A DNA stretch of 64,000 nt from Balanoglossus misakiensis. Taxonomy: Eukaryota > Animalia > Hemichordata. Both the position numbers and the translations under genes were made by a program. The stretch spans positions 13,027,903 to 13,091,902 of the forward strand of contig CM082577.2 in the NCBI GenBank assembly GCA_040954595.2, written 5' to 3'. Within the stretch, counting starts at the first letter, position 1. Every line of letters starts with the position of its first letter. Shown here in pieces: positions 25,501 through 35,299 of this stretch. Under the pieces are notes generated by a model that did not search any database, was not told the DNA's origin, and saw only the letters and a program-made list of their open reading frames with translations.

Positions 25501-26423
25501 CTTCTATGCAAGAATACGCGAATGCCAACTTGTACAGGAAGAATAAAAAATTGAAGGGTGAATGGCACAAGGGGCATTTAAATCCGTCAAATATCAACTG
25601 CCACAACGTCAACAAGATGAAGGCCACATTCCTAATGGTCAATGCCGCCCCTCAATGGGGAAGTTTCAACAGTGGGCCATGGCAACAGATGGAATGTCGC
25701 TTAGCTAATTATGTTTGGCATCAAAGGGAGTCCAATGATGGACCAGTGTATATCCTGACTGGTGTTAAACCATACTCCCCGTCACTCAAGATCAATGGCA
25801 CAACGTGAGCATACCTTAAATTCTTTTAGTCGGCTCTATTCTATTTTGTCCGTCAGGCAATAACGGTTCGAGGAACAGTATGTCACAGAGAACATGGTTC
25901 TTCTCTCGACAGGTTATATCGAGAGCTTATATAATTTTGCAGACTTATGTGGATTGAACAAAATATTATATCACAATTTCTTCATTTCAGCCTCGAGAAA
26001 CCGGAATATTTCTGGACTGCAATGTGTGATCGAAAAAACAATAAGTATGCGGCATTTTGGGGAAACAATTCCGAATCCGCTCCAAAGGAGAAAATGATAA
26101 AAGAAATTGAAATAGATGAGATGCAAACTTTTCTTTACGGATCAAACTCTCAAAAACAATTTTTCCCAAATGACTGCAAAAATCAATTAAAACTTAAAGC
26201 GATTCCACAGACTGCGAGTTGCAGTCACGGTACTCCAGGGCCACAACAGCGCATGCACCCACATGGGTCTAAAAAGCGCAAGAAGGCAAATGCGAAGACT
26301 GAGAATATTGAAATACCAGTACCAATGTCCGATCTTCCAACGGAATCACCGTCGATTTTACAGTCGGATTCAGTGATGATTGAAAACAGTGGAAACAGAC
26401 GCAAGAGAGGAAGAGGAAACTAA
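7443..26423 (+). CDS. 13-exon secreted multidomain nuclease: signal peptide + degenerate DNase II domain + unknown domain + His-Me (Endonuclease_NS/ENDOD1-like) nuclease, about 1241 aa
   Basis: Exons 7443-7557, 7795-8516, 9572-10223, 12684-12758, 13291-13669, 14006-14250, 14756-14938, 15343-15465 (donor uncertain), 16024-16231, 17154-17263, 17856-18023, 25492-25804, 25991-26423. Splice phases are all compatible and the total is 3726 nt, open to TAA. Confidence 0.68.
7795..8516 (+). CDS. Exon 2: DNase II (PLD-fold) N-terminal half
   Basis: GCKP..VDWWLMFKP, YFGYTNE, GFVAFD..SGFWLVHSDPFFPP and YLCVTV match the DNase II motifs VDWF.VYKLP, YND, GFWL.HS.P.FP and .LC.S; GAG|gtgag donor. Confidence 0.85.
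9354..9529. mobile_element. ~180-bp MITE family (Kolobok-like); other copies at ~47484-47668, ~50313-50497 and ~56735-56919 (opposite orientation)
   Basis: TIR aggtatacggtcacct...aggtgaccgtatacct and shared core gggtggcacacgcgaaaaaagagc..atgttctttagaacac in all four copies; TTAA next to several ends. Confidence 0.8.
9572..10223 (+). CDS. Exon 3: DNase II C-terminal half with acidic insert, followed by polybasic sites
   Basis: attatag| acceptor. MVCIGDL and GGLVCFRSGAVWKSL match the DNase II motifs WVC.GD.N and GG..C....W..F; ends KRAKR...RAKRRRS. Confidence 0.78.
10331..12341 (+). mobile_element. 5'-truncated non-LTR retrotransposon (RT plus C-terminal CCHC knuckle; RTEX/Crack-like), frameshifted near 10997
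   Basis: RT motifs NYRGITLL, QAGFRKG, FVDFAKAFDTV, GVRQGCILSPFLF, LYADD (~11007-11021), YKYLG, then CEIC..EDEYHFLFEC. AATAAA plus (ATT)n tail; 16-bp TSD atatagtttaggataa at 10315-10330 and 12342-12357. Confidence 0.93.
12430..13150 (+). repeat. Diverged direct duplication (~230 bp) of intronic sequence, upstream of exons 4 and 5
   Basis: ggaagtac..atttgactatt..tgacaaa.tacccactttagtg..aacctgcataat..gataagcgttgtattttt at ~12450 and ~12945. Confidence 0.7.
12684..15465 (+). CDS. Exons 4-8: central Cys-containing region of unrecognised family
   Basis: Five open, phase-compatible exons with canonical ag/gt, e.g. VSENPTPDQRYDLSCYAFHCDELRDNYAWLFWKVP..., NVRGLRQYRFNTRR...MCIDWCPLTECKYNIY.... No family recognised. 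Confidence 0.6.
16024..18023 (+). CDS. Exons 9-11: N-terminal part of the Endonuclease_NS/ENDOD1-like domain
   Basis: KKRRRR then CQQFFLGGNWPP..KICH..FATLYNTKLR|MADYSAYTV, matching the C..FF...PP/ICQ/YATLY...RIP.YSAY pattern. The intron at 16232-17153 is GC-AG. Confidence 0.8.
19178..21312. mobile_element. PIF/Harbinger-like non-autonomous DNA transposon
   Basis: ~63-bp TIR aggccgagttacacgaggcaactcggcaggcaactcgg.... TTA target duplication at 19175-19177 and 21313-21315, confirmed by the empty site (gcc-tta-gtttc) in element B copy 1. Confidence 0.88.
19834..20333. mobile_element. Kolobok-like MITE nested in the Harbinger-like element
   Basis: TTAA-AGGtacatgagctgcaact ... agttacagcttacgtgCCT-TTAA. 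Confidence 0.65.
21996..23872. mobile_element. TIR DNA transposon with many subterminal AAGCTT/AAGGTT motifs (superfamily unresolved, possibly CMC/EnSpm-like)
   Basis: ctacacacgcgattgtgc..accttgg..caagcttgg is mirrored at 23833-23872; AGG on both flanks is a putative 3-bp TSD. Confidence 0.7.
23375..23557. repeat. Near-perfect ~183-bp palindrome
   Basis: tttattttattttcatccaaatcaagtcacaacaaactctccttgtaac... and its reverse complement flank a ~10-nt loop (ttttgtcgg). Confidence 0.9.
23930..24680 (+). mobile_element. Hairpin-ended non-autonomous element E
   Basis: ttatcatatgcct (23930) is the inverse of aggcatatgataa (24536), followed by a GC-rich hairpin at 24553-24670. Confidence 0.65.
24882..25082 (+). 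repeat. ~21-bp minisatellite (atttttgtgttcatgaa..., about 9 copies)
   Basis: Direct reading of recurring tgtgttcatgaa units. Confidence 0.85.
25492..25804 (+). CDS. Exon 12: catalytic core of the His-Me (beta-beta-alpha-metal) nuclease
   Basis: WHKGHLNPS (DRGH equivalent), ATFLMVNAAPQWGSFNSGPWQQME (metal-binding N and conserved E), VYILTGV. Confidence 0.9.
25991..26423 (+). CDS. Exon 13: end of nuclease domain and low-complexity basic tail
   Basis: catttcag| acceptor in phase 2. LEKPEYFWTAMCD...AAFWGNN matches the .P..FW.A.C motif; tail has KKRKK and RRKRGRGN*. Confidence 0.82.
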
Positions 26424-26427
26424 ATGA

Positions 26428-28720
26428 ATGAGTAACAAATTACATTATTGTAACTTTAAACGTAAGAGGTTTAGGAAATTACTCCAAACGTATATAGAGA
26501 TGTATTGCAGTGGCTAAAACACCAGAATGCGTCTTTTGCCGTTTTACAGAAAGTTTACGGTGAAAAGATAAATATTGTTCAATGGGAAAAAGAATGGGGA
26601 GGTCGGATAATTCTGTCGGAAGGCGCCAAAATAGTAGAGGCGTCGCAGTCTTTATTGCTAAACATTGTAATTTTCAAAATTGACAGTGTGTACAAAGATG
26701 ATGTAATGTTAACGGTATGTACGAGAACATGGGTTTTTCGGTCAGTGGTGTCTACGCACCGAATGATGCTGTACATAGAAATCGCTTTTTTGTCAATCTC
26801 ATGAACGTTATTGAGGTTAATTTTAAATATGAACGCCTAATAATAGCCTCTGACTTTAATTGTTCACTTAATAAAAGGCTGGATAAGAGATCTCGGGCGG
26901 TAACTACTGATAAATCCGTCCCGACCTTACGCAATCCGTCACTTCAACAGTTTACATGGAGACGATTGCATCCTAGCCCGACCTATAGTAGAATTGACTA
27001 CATTTTTATCTCTTAGAGCATTCTAAACAAGTGACCTATCGGTCAAAAGAGCTCTGCTGACTTTAACAGTGTAACCTGGGCAATGATGTGAATACGCTAG
27101 GTTTTAATTTATAACAATTGTATTCTATTGAACAAAACCAAACATAGACATCACAAGTATTTATCCAAATTCAGCTTGATTCATTGTGCTACAGAAAGAA
27201 AGAATTGAATCCTAAAGAACAACATCAAAAGGAAGCACCAAGGTTCTAATTTGCATATTCATAACCCCATCAAAATCCCAATTAACAAAATCAGGTAGGG
27301 GCACCATAACACACATTCCTACCAAATTTCAGCTCCATCGTACATGTAGTTATGGAGAAGAAGATTTTTGACCAAAAATTCTATTTTTAAATCAAATTTG
27401 CATATTCATGACCCGATCAAATCCCAATTAACAAAATAAGGTAGGGACACCATAACACACATTCCTACGAAATTTCAGCTCCATCGTACATGTAGTTAGG
27501 GAGAAGAAGATTTTTTACCAAAAAATCTATTTTTAGATCTTATTTGCATATTTATGACCCCATCATATCCAAATTAACAAAATCAGGTCGGGGCACCATA
27601 ACACACATTCCTACCCAATTTCAGCTCCATCGTACATGTAGTTATGGAGAAGAAGATTTTTGACCAAAAATTCTAATTTTAGATCTATTCATGACCCGAT
27701 CAAATCCCAATTAACAAAATCAGGTAGGGACACCATAACACACATTCCTACCAAATTTCAGCTCCATCGTACATGTAGTTAGGGAGAAGAGGATTTTTTA
27801 CCAAAAATTCTATTTTTAGATCTAATTTGCATATTCAGGACACCATCAAATCCAAATTTACAAAATCAGGTAGGGGCACCATAACACATTCCTACCAAAT
27901 TTCAGCTCCATTGTACATGTAGTTGTGGATAAGAAGATTTTTACCAAAACTTCTATTTTTAGATCTTTTTGCATATTCATGACCCCATCAAATCCAAATT
28001 AACAAAATCAGTTAAGGGCACCATAACACACATTCCAACCAAATTTCAGCTCCATTGTACATGTAGTTGTGGAGAAGAAGATTTTTACCAAAACTTCTAT
28101 TTTTAGATCTTTTTTGCATATTCATGACCCCATCAAATCCAAATTAACAAAATCAGTTAAGGGCACCATAACACACATTCCATCCAAATTTCAGCTAAAT
28201 ATGCCAAGCTGTTTTAAAGAAGAAGATTGAAATACCAAAAGTTGACGGACGACGGACGCCGGATGACGTACGGACGACGGACGGACACTTATCAACCTAC
28301 TGCTACAGCTCGGCTGACACAAGTGACAGCAGAGCTAAAAACACACAAAGAGTTGACATCAGACCTGCATTGAAAACAGAGCACATGGCTGTTTATTTAG
28401 AAATTATGTATAGGAAGTCTGACAGAGGTCTTGGCACTTGGAAATTTAACTAGTATCTCCTAAAGAAATCGGATTACGTGGAAAGTGTCCGTAATCTCCC
28501 GACAAAGTGTAAAATTAAGTACGAGAATGTCGACGCCAATGTTAGATGGGATTTGATAAAGAAAGATGTGAAGGAGTACACGATTGGATATTGTCATAAT
28601 GTTACAAATAATTCAAACACTCTCATTCCGAAGCATTTGCGTACTGCTGAACAAAACATGCTCCATGAGCTGTCTGATTCCAACATTGAGGTTTATGGTT
28701 TAATTAGAGAGCGTTTGGAA
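26428..28720 (+). mobile_element. Degenerate L1/Tx1 ORF2, APE endonuclease region (split by the 27026-28340 insertion)
   Basis: TLNVRGL near 26452, VYAPND, IIASDFNC, FTWRR..SRIDYIFIS; resumes at ~28341 with IRPALKTEHMAV..RGLGTWKFN and WDLIKKDVK. Contains stops and frameshifts. Confidence 0.85.
27026..28340. mobile_element. Satellite-carrying non-autonomous element (Helentron/pearl-like): 7 x ~147-bp core repeats, (GGAC)n, terminal palindrome
   Basis: Starts aacaagtgacc..gagctctgctgac; the unit caccataacacacattcctaccaaatttcagctcc occurs at ~27301, 27448, 27594, 27731, 27877, 28019 and 28164; ends gacagcagagctaaaa. It cleanly interrupts L1 ORF2. Confidence 0.8.
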
Positions 28721-28899
28721 GATCTTTTCCCCTTCGAGCTTGTAGCCACTTTCAAGAATTTTATTCTAAATTCTCCTTTTACGTTTTACAAAACTGTCAA
28801 CGAGACGCTGTACTTTACAGAGAATATCATTGGGAATGCCAATTACTGATGATAAATACATAATTTTTGAAATAGCAAGAGACTTGGTAATGAGAATAC

Positions 28900-29526
28900 G
28901 GCCATAAATCGTAAGTTGCCGTCTTACTCACATTTCCAAACCTTTTCCTAATCATTTTAACTAAGATACCCAGTTTAAACTTCCCAGTTGACACCGAGCA
29001 TCATCATACCCAACATATACTCCTAAAGTATTTCCAGGAGTGTCAGTCCAACTTATATCACCCACTTTATCATTACACTTTCTTAAATTACCAAGTTTAA
29101 AAGCCGGCGTTTTCTTTATATTTAACCTAAGCTAACAACATCCCTGAAACTTCTCCATTACTTTGAGAACAGAAACAACTGAAGACAAATTTTCGACCAA
29201 TACTGTTGTATCATCTGTAAGTAAAGATATCTTTGCTTCTTTGGCATGACCATTACTAGCAGGCAGTCGAAACCCTTTGATGGTTTTATCGTGCCTAATC
29301 TTACAAGTTAAAAACTCAATTGCTATTACAAATAAAAGTGCAGAGAGGAGACATCATTGACGGACACCCCTTTCTAACCTGATGTAACTTGAAGACCAAC
29401 CCTTGTATAAAATACAGCTCTGAATGTTCGTGTAGAAAGTTTTTACCCATTGACGAAAGGAATGACCAAAATTCATACGTCGTAAAGTTTCATCAAGATA
29501 ATCCCAGTTAATATTAATGCTATCGA
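28900..29526 (-). mobile_element. Inverted L1/Tx1 RT fragment
   Basis: Minus strand reads FDSI..WDYLDETLRRMNFGHSFRQWVKTFY...LERGVRQ, then LSALLFVIAIEFL and a ...LGVYVG-like segment. Confidence 0.75.
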
Positions 29527-32500
29527 TAGACCATGAGCCAGTAGGGGTTTACCTCCCCCCCCCCCGGGGGGGAATTTTCGAGACAATGTTTTTCTGAAAG
29601 CCTATCATATACTGAGTAAAATTCACTTTGTTTGCCATCTGGGCACCGGGGCGTTTTCGAGTTATTGGCTTCTAAATTATATTGGGTAACGTATGTAGGA
29701 AAGCCTAAAAGTGCGTATAAATTGACGTAGGGGGGTAAATTAGTCTTGTAAAATGCTGTCTCTCTGAACGTATACCTCGAACAACAGGGATGTATTTGGT
29801 ATCAAAAGAAAGCTTAATAAACAAGCTTTCCATTAATTACAAAATAAAAGTGATATGACAAATCATGACATCATAGTGACGTCATAAGTCAAAATACCCT
29901 TACGAAAATGGTGTTCTGTTCACCTATAAATGTGAGGTTTTGCAAAACATGTCTCTGTGCAATTGTACTGATGAAAACTGATGAAAACTGTGATGTGTTT
30001 GGTATCAACAGAAAGCTGATTGAGTAAAGTATCTAATTATTGCAAAAAATTGATATAATAATCAATTACGTCATCATTACGTCATACTTCCGAGTACCCT
30101 TAGCAATTAGTGACTATGATGACAAGTTATTACCCTAGGAGATAGGTGCCTTTAAATAAAAAAAATGGTAAGGAAGGTTTGTGAAGTCCATTCTATGTAA
30201 AAAATGGTGCTGATTCCAAAAAAGTCAGTCTTATTGACCCCACCCAAGACAAAATTGCCATTTTGGCACTTTTTAACCCAAAAAAGGTCATTTTTAGAAA
30301 ACACTAAAAACACACTGTTTTCGTCACATTCGAAGATCTGATGACATATGATATGCCTATTCTATGTAAAATTTGGTTGATATTACGAAAAAAAGCAGTC
30401 TGACTGACCCCACCCAAGAAAAAATGGCCATTTTGGCACTTTTAACCCAAAAAAGGTCATTTTTAGAAAACACTAAAAACACACTGTTTTCGTCACATTC
30501 GAAGATCTGATGACATATGATATGCCTATTCTATGTAAAATTTGGTTGATATTACGAAAAAAAGCAGTCTGACTGACCCCACCCAAGAAAAAATGGCCAT
30601 TTTGGCACTTTTTAACCCAAAAAAGGTCATTTTTAGAAAACAGTAAAAACACACTGTTTTCGTCACATTCGAAGATCTGATGACATATGATATGCCTGTT
30701 CTATGTAAAATTTGGTTGATATTACGAAAAAAGCAGTCTGACTGACCCCAAACGAGACAGAATTGCCTTTTTGACCATTTTTTGCCCAAAAACGTCATTT
30801 TTAGACAAAACTTAAAACACACTCTACTCTTCATATTGATTGATTTGATGATGTATGGAAAGTCAATTCTATGTGTAAAGTGGTGACTATAAAACATAAA
30901 GCAGTCTTTTTGACCCCAATCAATACAAAAATGCCATTTTGGGCCACATTTTTTAGGTCAAAAAGGTCATTTTTACAAAAAAAAATAAAAACAAACTGTT
31001 TTCTTCATATTCAGAGATCTGATTATGTATGAAAAGTCCATTCTATGTAAAAAAAAAAAAAATCTGATTGACCCCATTCTAGTCAAAATTGCGTTTTTGG
31101 CAATTTATTGCCTAAAAAGACCTACTTAAGACAAATTTATCATTTTAAACATTTTCTAGAGAAAAAATGACGTTTTTGGGCAAAAAATGGTCAAAAAGGC
31201 AATTCTGTCTCGTTTGGGGTCAGTCAGACTGCTTTTTTCGTAATATCAACCAAATTTTACATAGAATAGGCATATCATATGTCATCAGATCTTCGAATGT
31301 GACGAAAACAGTGTGTTTTTAGTGTTTTCTAAAAATGACCTTCTTTGGGTTAAAAAGTGCCAAAATGGCAATTTTTTCATTTTTTCTTGGGTGGGGTCAG
31401 TCAGACTGCTTTTTTTTCGTAATATCAACCAAATTTTACATAGAATAGGCATATCATATGTCATCAGATCTTCGAATGTGACGAAAACAGTGTGTTTTTA
31501 GTGTTTTCTAAAAATGACCTTTTTAGGGTTAAAAAGTGCCAAAATGGCAATTTTTTCTCGGGTGGGGTCAGTCAGACTGCTTTTTTTCGTAATATCAACC
31601 AAATTTTACATAGAAAAGGCATATCATATGTCATCAGATCTTCGAATGTGACGAAAACAGTGTGTTTTTAGTGTTTTCTAAAAATGACCTTCTTTGGGTT
31701 AAAAAGTGCCAAAATGGCCATTTTTTCTTGGGTGGGGTCAGTCAGACTGCTTTTTTTCGTAATATCAACCAAATTTTACATAGAATAGGCATATCATATG
31801 TCATCAGATCTTCGAATGTGACGAAAACAGTGTGTTTTTAGTGTTTTCTAAAAATGACCTTTTTAGGGTTAAAAAGTGCCAAAATGGCAATTTTTTCTTG
31901 GGTGGGGTCAGTCAGACTGCTTTTTTTCGTAATATCAACCAAATTTTACATAGAATAGGCATATCATATGTCATCAGATCTTCGAATGTGACGAAAACAG
32001 TGTGTTTTTAGTGTTTTCTAAAAATGACCTTTTTTGGGTTAAAAAGTGCCAAAATGGCAATTTTGTCTTGGGTGGGGTCAATAAGACTGACTTTTTTGGA
32101 ATCAGCACCATTTTTTACATAGAATGGACTTCACAAACCTTCCTTACCAATTTTTTTATTTAAAGGCACCTATCTCCTAGGGTAATAACTTGTCATCATA
32201 GTCACTAATTGGTAAGGGTACTTGGAAGTATGACGTAATGATGACGTAATTGATTATTATATCAATGTTTTGCAATAATTAGATACTTTACTCAATCAGC
32301 TTTCTGTTGATACCAAACACATCACAGTTTTCATCAGTTTTCATCAGTACAATTGCACAGAGACATGTTTTGCAAAACCTCACATTTATAGGTGAACAGA
32401 ACACCATTTTCGTAAGGGTATTTTGACTTATGACGTCACTATGATGTCATGATTTGTCATATCACTTTTATTTTGTAATTAATGGAAAACTTGTTTATTA

Positions 32501-32798
32501 AGCTTTCTTTTGATACCAAATACATCCCTGTTGTTCGAGGTATACGTTCAGAGAGACAGCATTTTACAAGACTAATTTACCCCCTACGTCAATTTATACG
32601 CACTTTTAGGCTTTCCTACATACGTTACCCAATATAATTTAGAAGCCAATAACTCGAAAACGCCCCGGTGCCCAGATGGCAAACAAAGTGAATTTTACTC
32701 AGTATATGATAGGCTTTCAGAAAAACATTGTCTCGAAAATTCCCCCCGGGGGGGGGGGGGGGGGGGGGGGAGGTAAACCCCTACTGGCTCATGGTCTA
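29527..32798. mobile_element. Foldback-type non-autonomous Academ-like transposon with ~1.3-1.6-kb inverted arms containing 170-bp tandem repeats
   Basis: Ends TAGACCATGAGCCAGTAGGGGTTTACC...GGTAAACCCCTACTGGCTCATGGTCTA with CGA on both flanks (3-bp TSD). Arms are nearly identical, with 3 versus 5 repeat units. TAG termini with 3-4-bp TSDs are typical of Academ. Confidence 0.85.
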
Positions 32799-32801
32799 CG
32801 A

Positions 32802-33800
32802 AGGCTTGGTCTTCAAGTTACTACAGGTTAGAAAGGGGTGTCCGTCACCAGGCACGATAAAACCATCAAAGGGTTTCGACCGCCTGCTAGTGAAATGCCA
32901 AGTGGAAGCAATGATGGCTCTTTGGGTTAAAAGATTAATAATGCGTAAAGACATGGCATGGGCTGTTTTGGGCAAATTTAGTGCATCAGCACACAATTTG
33001 GCAAAGGATTCCCGATTTTCTATTATCTGTACTCCCAGAATTCTATGTAAATGTACTAAATGCCTGGTATGCGGTGAAACACAATGCCTCTCATGCAGGT
33101 AACCGTACACTTCTTACCTGGTCTTCCAAATTCAGGTGTTTTAATGCTGCTCACTCTGCAAGTGATGACTATGATGTCACACTTGGTGACTGTAAGACTT
33201 CTGTCTTCAAATTAACTTGTGAGGTGTTTATACTCACTTCATTTAAAGGCACTCAGTACAGGCAAGTGATAAACTGACTCTTAGAATGGTTTTCGTGGTT
33301 AAATATCGCCCCTGTAAAGCCAGAGAGCGACTGTTACAAAATCTGGCTGAGAGCGTACAATTTGACTAAAGAGACTAAGTTAAGAGAGTTTCAGTGGAAA
33401 CTTCTACAACATTTGTTACCATGTAACAAGTATCTATACTTGTGGAAGTTCAACGATTCAATGTTCTGTCCTCTTTGTCACCAGATTGACTCTTTGGATC
33501 ACAGATTTATATAATTTGTCAAATAGCTGTGAGATGTTGTCAAAAGCTGAAATATGTCATCTCCAGATGTTCTGATTGTAATAGCGAAATAACACCATCA
33601 GACATTATTTTTACAGAAGCTTGCGAGAATGTCAAACCAAAAGAAAAACGTTACGTTTTCCAGTTTCTTATTTTCCTTGGTAAATGGTGTATCCGTAAGT
33701 TTTGGGTGACCAATGAAAATACACCGATTGAAGTTGTAATTAAAATGAGTTTATTTTAAGATACAAGATCGAAAAACAGCTGGATGCAAAAGCTGTTGTA
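32802..33800 (+). mobile_element. Degenerate L1/Tx1 ORF2 3' fragments (RT remnant and C-terminal zinc-binding region)
   Basis: LERGVR remnant at ~32830; PEFYVNVLNAW; ETKLREFQWKLLQHLLPCNKYLYLWK..CPLCHQIDSLDHRF at ~33370-33510. Confidence 0.75.
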
Positions 33801-34039
33801 TTAGAAACTTTTGAGAAAATTATGAGTTTGCTGTAATTTTTAACCTCTTGCAACATCACTGTCTTTGCAATATTTACATAAACATGTAATTGAGATGAAG
33901 GTTCAAATAAAAGAACTGATAAAAAAACAATACAAAACACTACTTTTGATTTGTAAATGATAGAGGTCACTATGTTGGGTACAAGAAGAAGTTCACACTT
34001 CTTCTACAAGCATTGTAGAAACAGTAACTTCACAATTTT

Positions 34040-34621
34040 ACCTTCGTTTACAGAAACACATCAGTAAATCGAATGACACACATAAAAAATGGCACTTTCT
34101 TTCATTAAATATTTATCATTTAGAATAAATAAATGAAATACAAGGAAACTGTAAAGTGTTAAACTTGCACATGTACCATAATATGAACATTTGTAAAACC
34201 CACATTGATGCTGCTTGTATTTATTTTGTTCAGAATACAGACAGATAAACATTTGAATTTTCAAAGCATAAAATTAGAATGCTATTGCCAACAGCTTAAT
34301 CGGTAAATGCTGAAAGGCCTGTGGTATACCATATTGCTCTTGCGTTTGTCTGGAGAATATCCATACTTCTGAGAAACTATTCCTGCAGCTTATAATACTT
34401 TCAGAAGCATCTCAGGATATAACAATCCCTTTCTTTCACAAGTGTAACATCATGCAGATTAAGATAGAAATCTCTTGAAGCATACAATAACATTGCACAA
34501 ATTTAAAAACAGTCACTGGTAAAGACGTTTAAGTAAGTTATAGGATTCCTAGCAAAAAGTTCCACAATGTGCTGATTTTCTCTTAACTAACTCGTGGGAC
34601 AAAATTGATACTTTTTGATAT
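34040..34621 (-). repeat. Inverted diverged copy of 5262-5850
   Basis: Colinear reverse-complement similarity along the whole segment. Confidence 0.85.
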
Positions 34622-34709
34622 TGTTTTATTATCATTATTATTAAAAATTGTTTAAAATTCGCTACACATACGTCTCAGCGCATTACTCAAGAAAAATTCT
34701 ACACCATAT

Positions 34710-35280
34710 ACAGACAGACAGACAGACAGACACACACACACATAGAGAGCGATCAATGGGCAAACACTGACTGACCCATAAGCTGCCAATGGCATAGGTA
34801 CTGTACATACACTAAATAGAACAGCTGGTCTCTTAAAGGTATGTAATCATGCAGGAATTTGCTGTGTATATACATCACAGGAATGGGTTCCTGGACCTAA
34901 TTACAAAGAACTCAATAAAGTAAATACACACCACTTTGTAAAGCAATCTGACCAGTAGTTCTTGGATTACCGAGTTTTGACTGAATTCACATTTTCCCAG
35001 CTAATTTGCATATTTTTGGCAATCACAACTTCATTTGAACAAACTCCCATCTACAGCCCAGCCTGCATCTGCACACCAGATTTTAAGGGGATACACGCAG
35101 CGCTTTTCAAGTTTTTGATGTGGACGGATCCGGACATACAGACATACATCCATCCATCCATCCATCCATCCATCCATCCATCCATCCATACATACATACA
35201 TACATACATACATACATACATACATACAGATGCAACCGATCCCATAAGGTCCCATGGTACATACCAATGGGACCTCAAAA
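34710..35280. mobile_element. Microsatellite-containing interspersed repeat; related copy at ~43990-44240
   Basis: gggcaaacactgactgacccata.gctgccaatgg...aacagctggtct and atctacagccc.gc.tgcatct.cacacca are shared; (CATC)n(CATA)n tract and terminal palindrome ggtcccatggtacataccaatgggacc. Confidence 0.65.
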
Positions 35281-35299
35281 CAACTTCGTACAGGGGATG

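Noticed and set aside
27246-28200. Regular repeats that might be read as a CRISPR array
   Set aside because: Whole 147-bp units repeat with no unique spacers, there are no cas genes, and the context is eukaryotic.
30526-30897. ORF within the foldback arm as a possible transposase
   Set aside because: Translation of the 170-bp satellite; no transposase motif.
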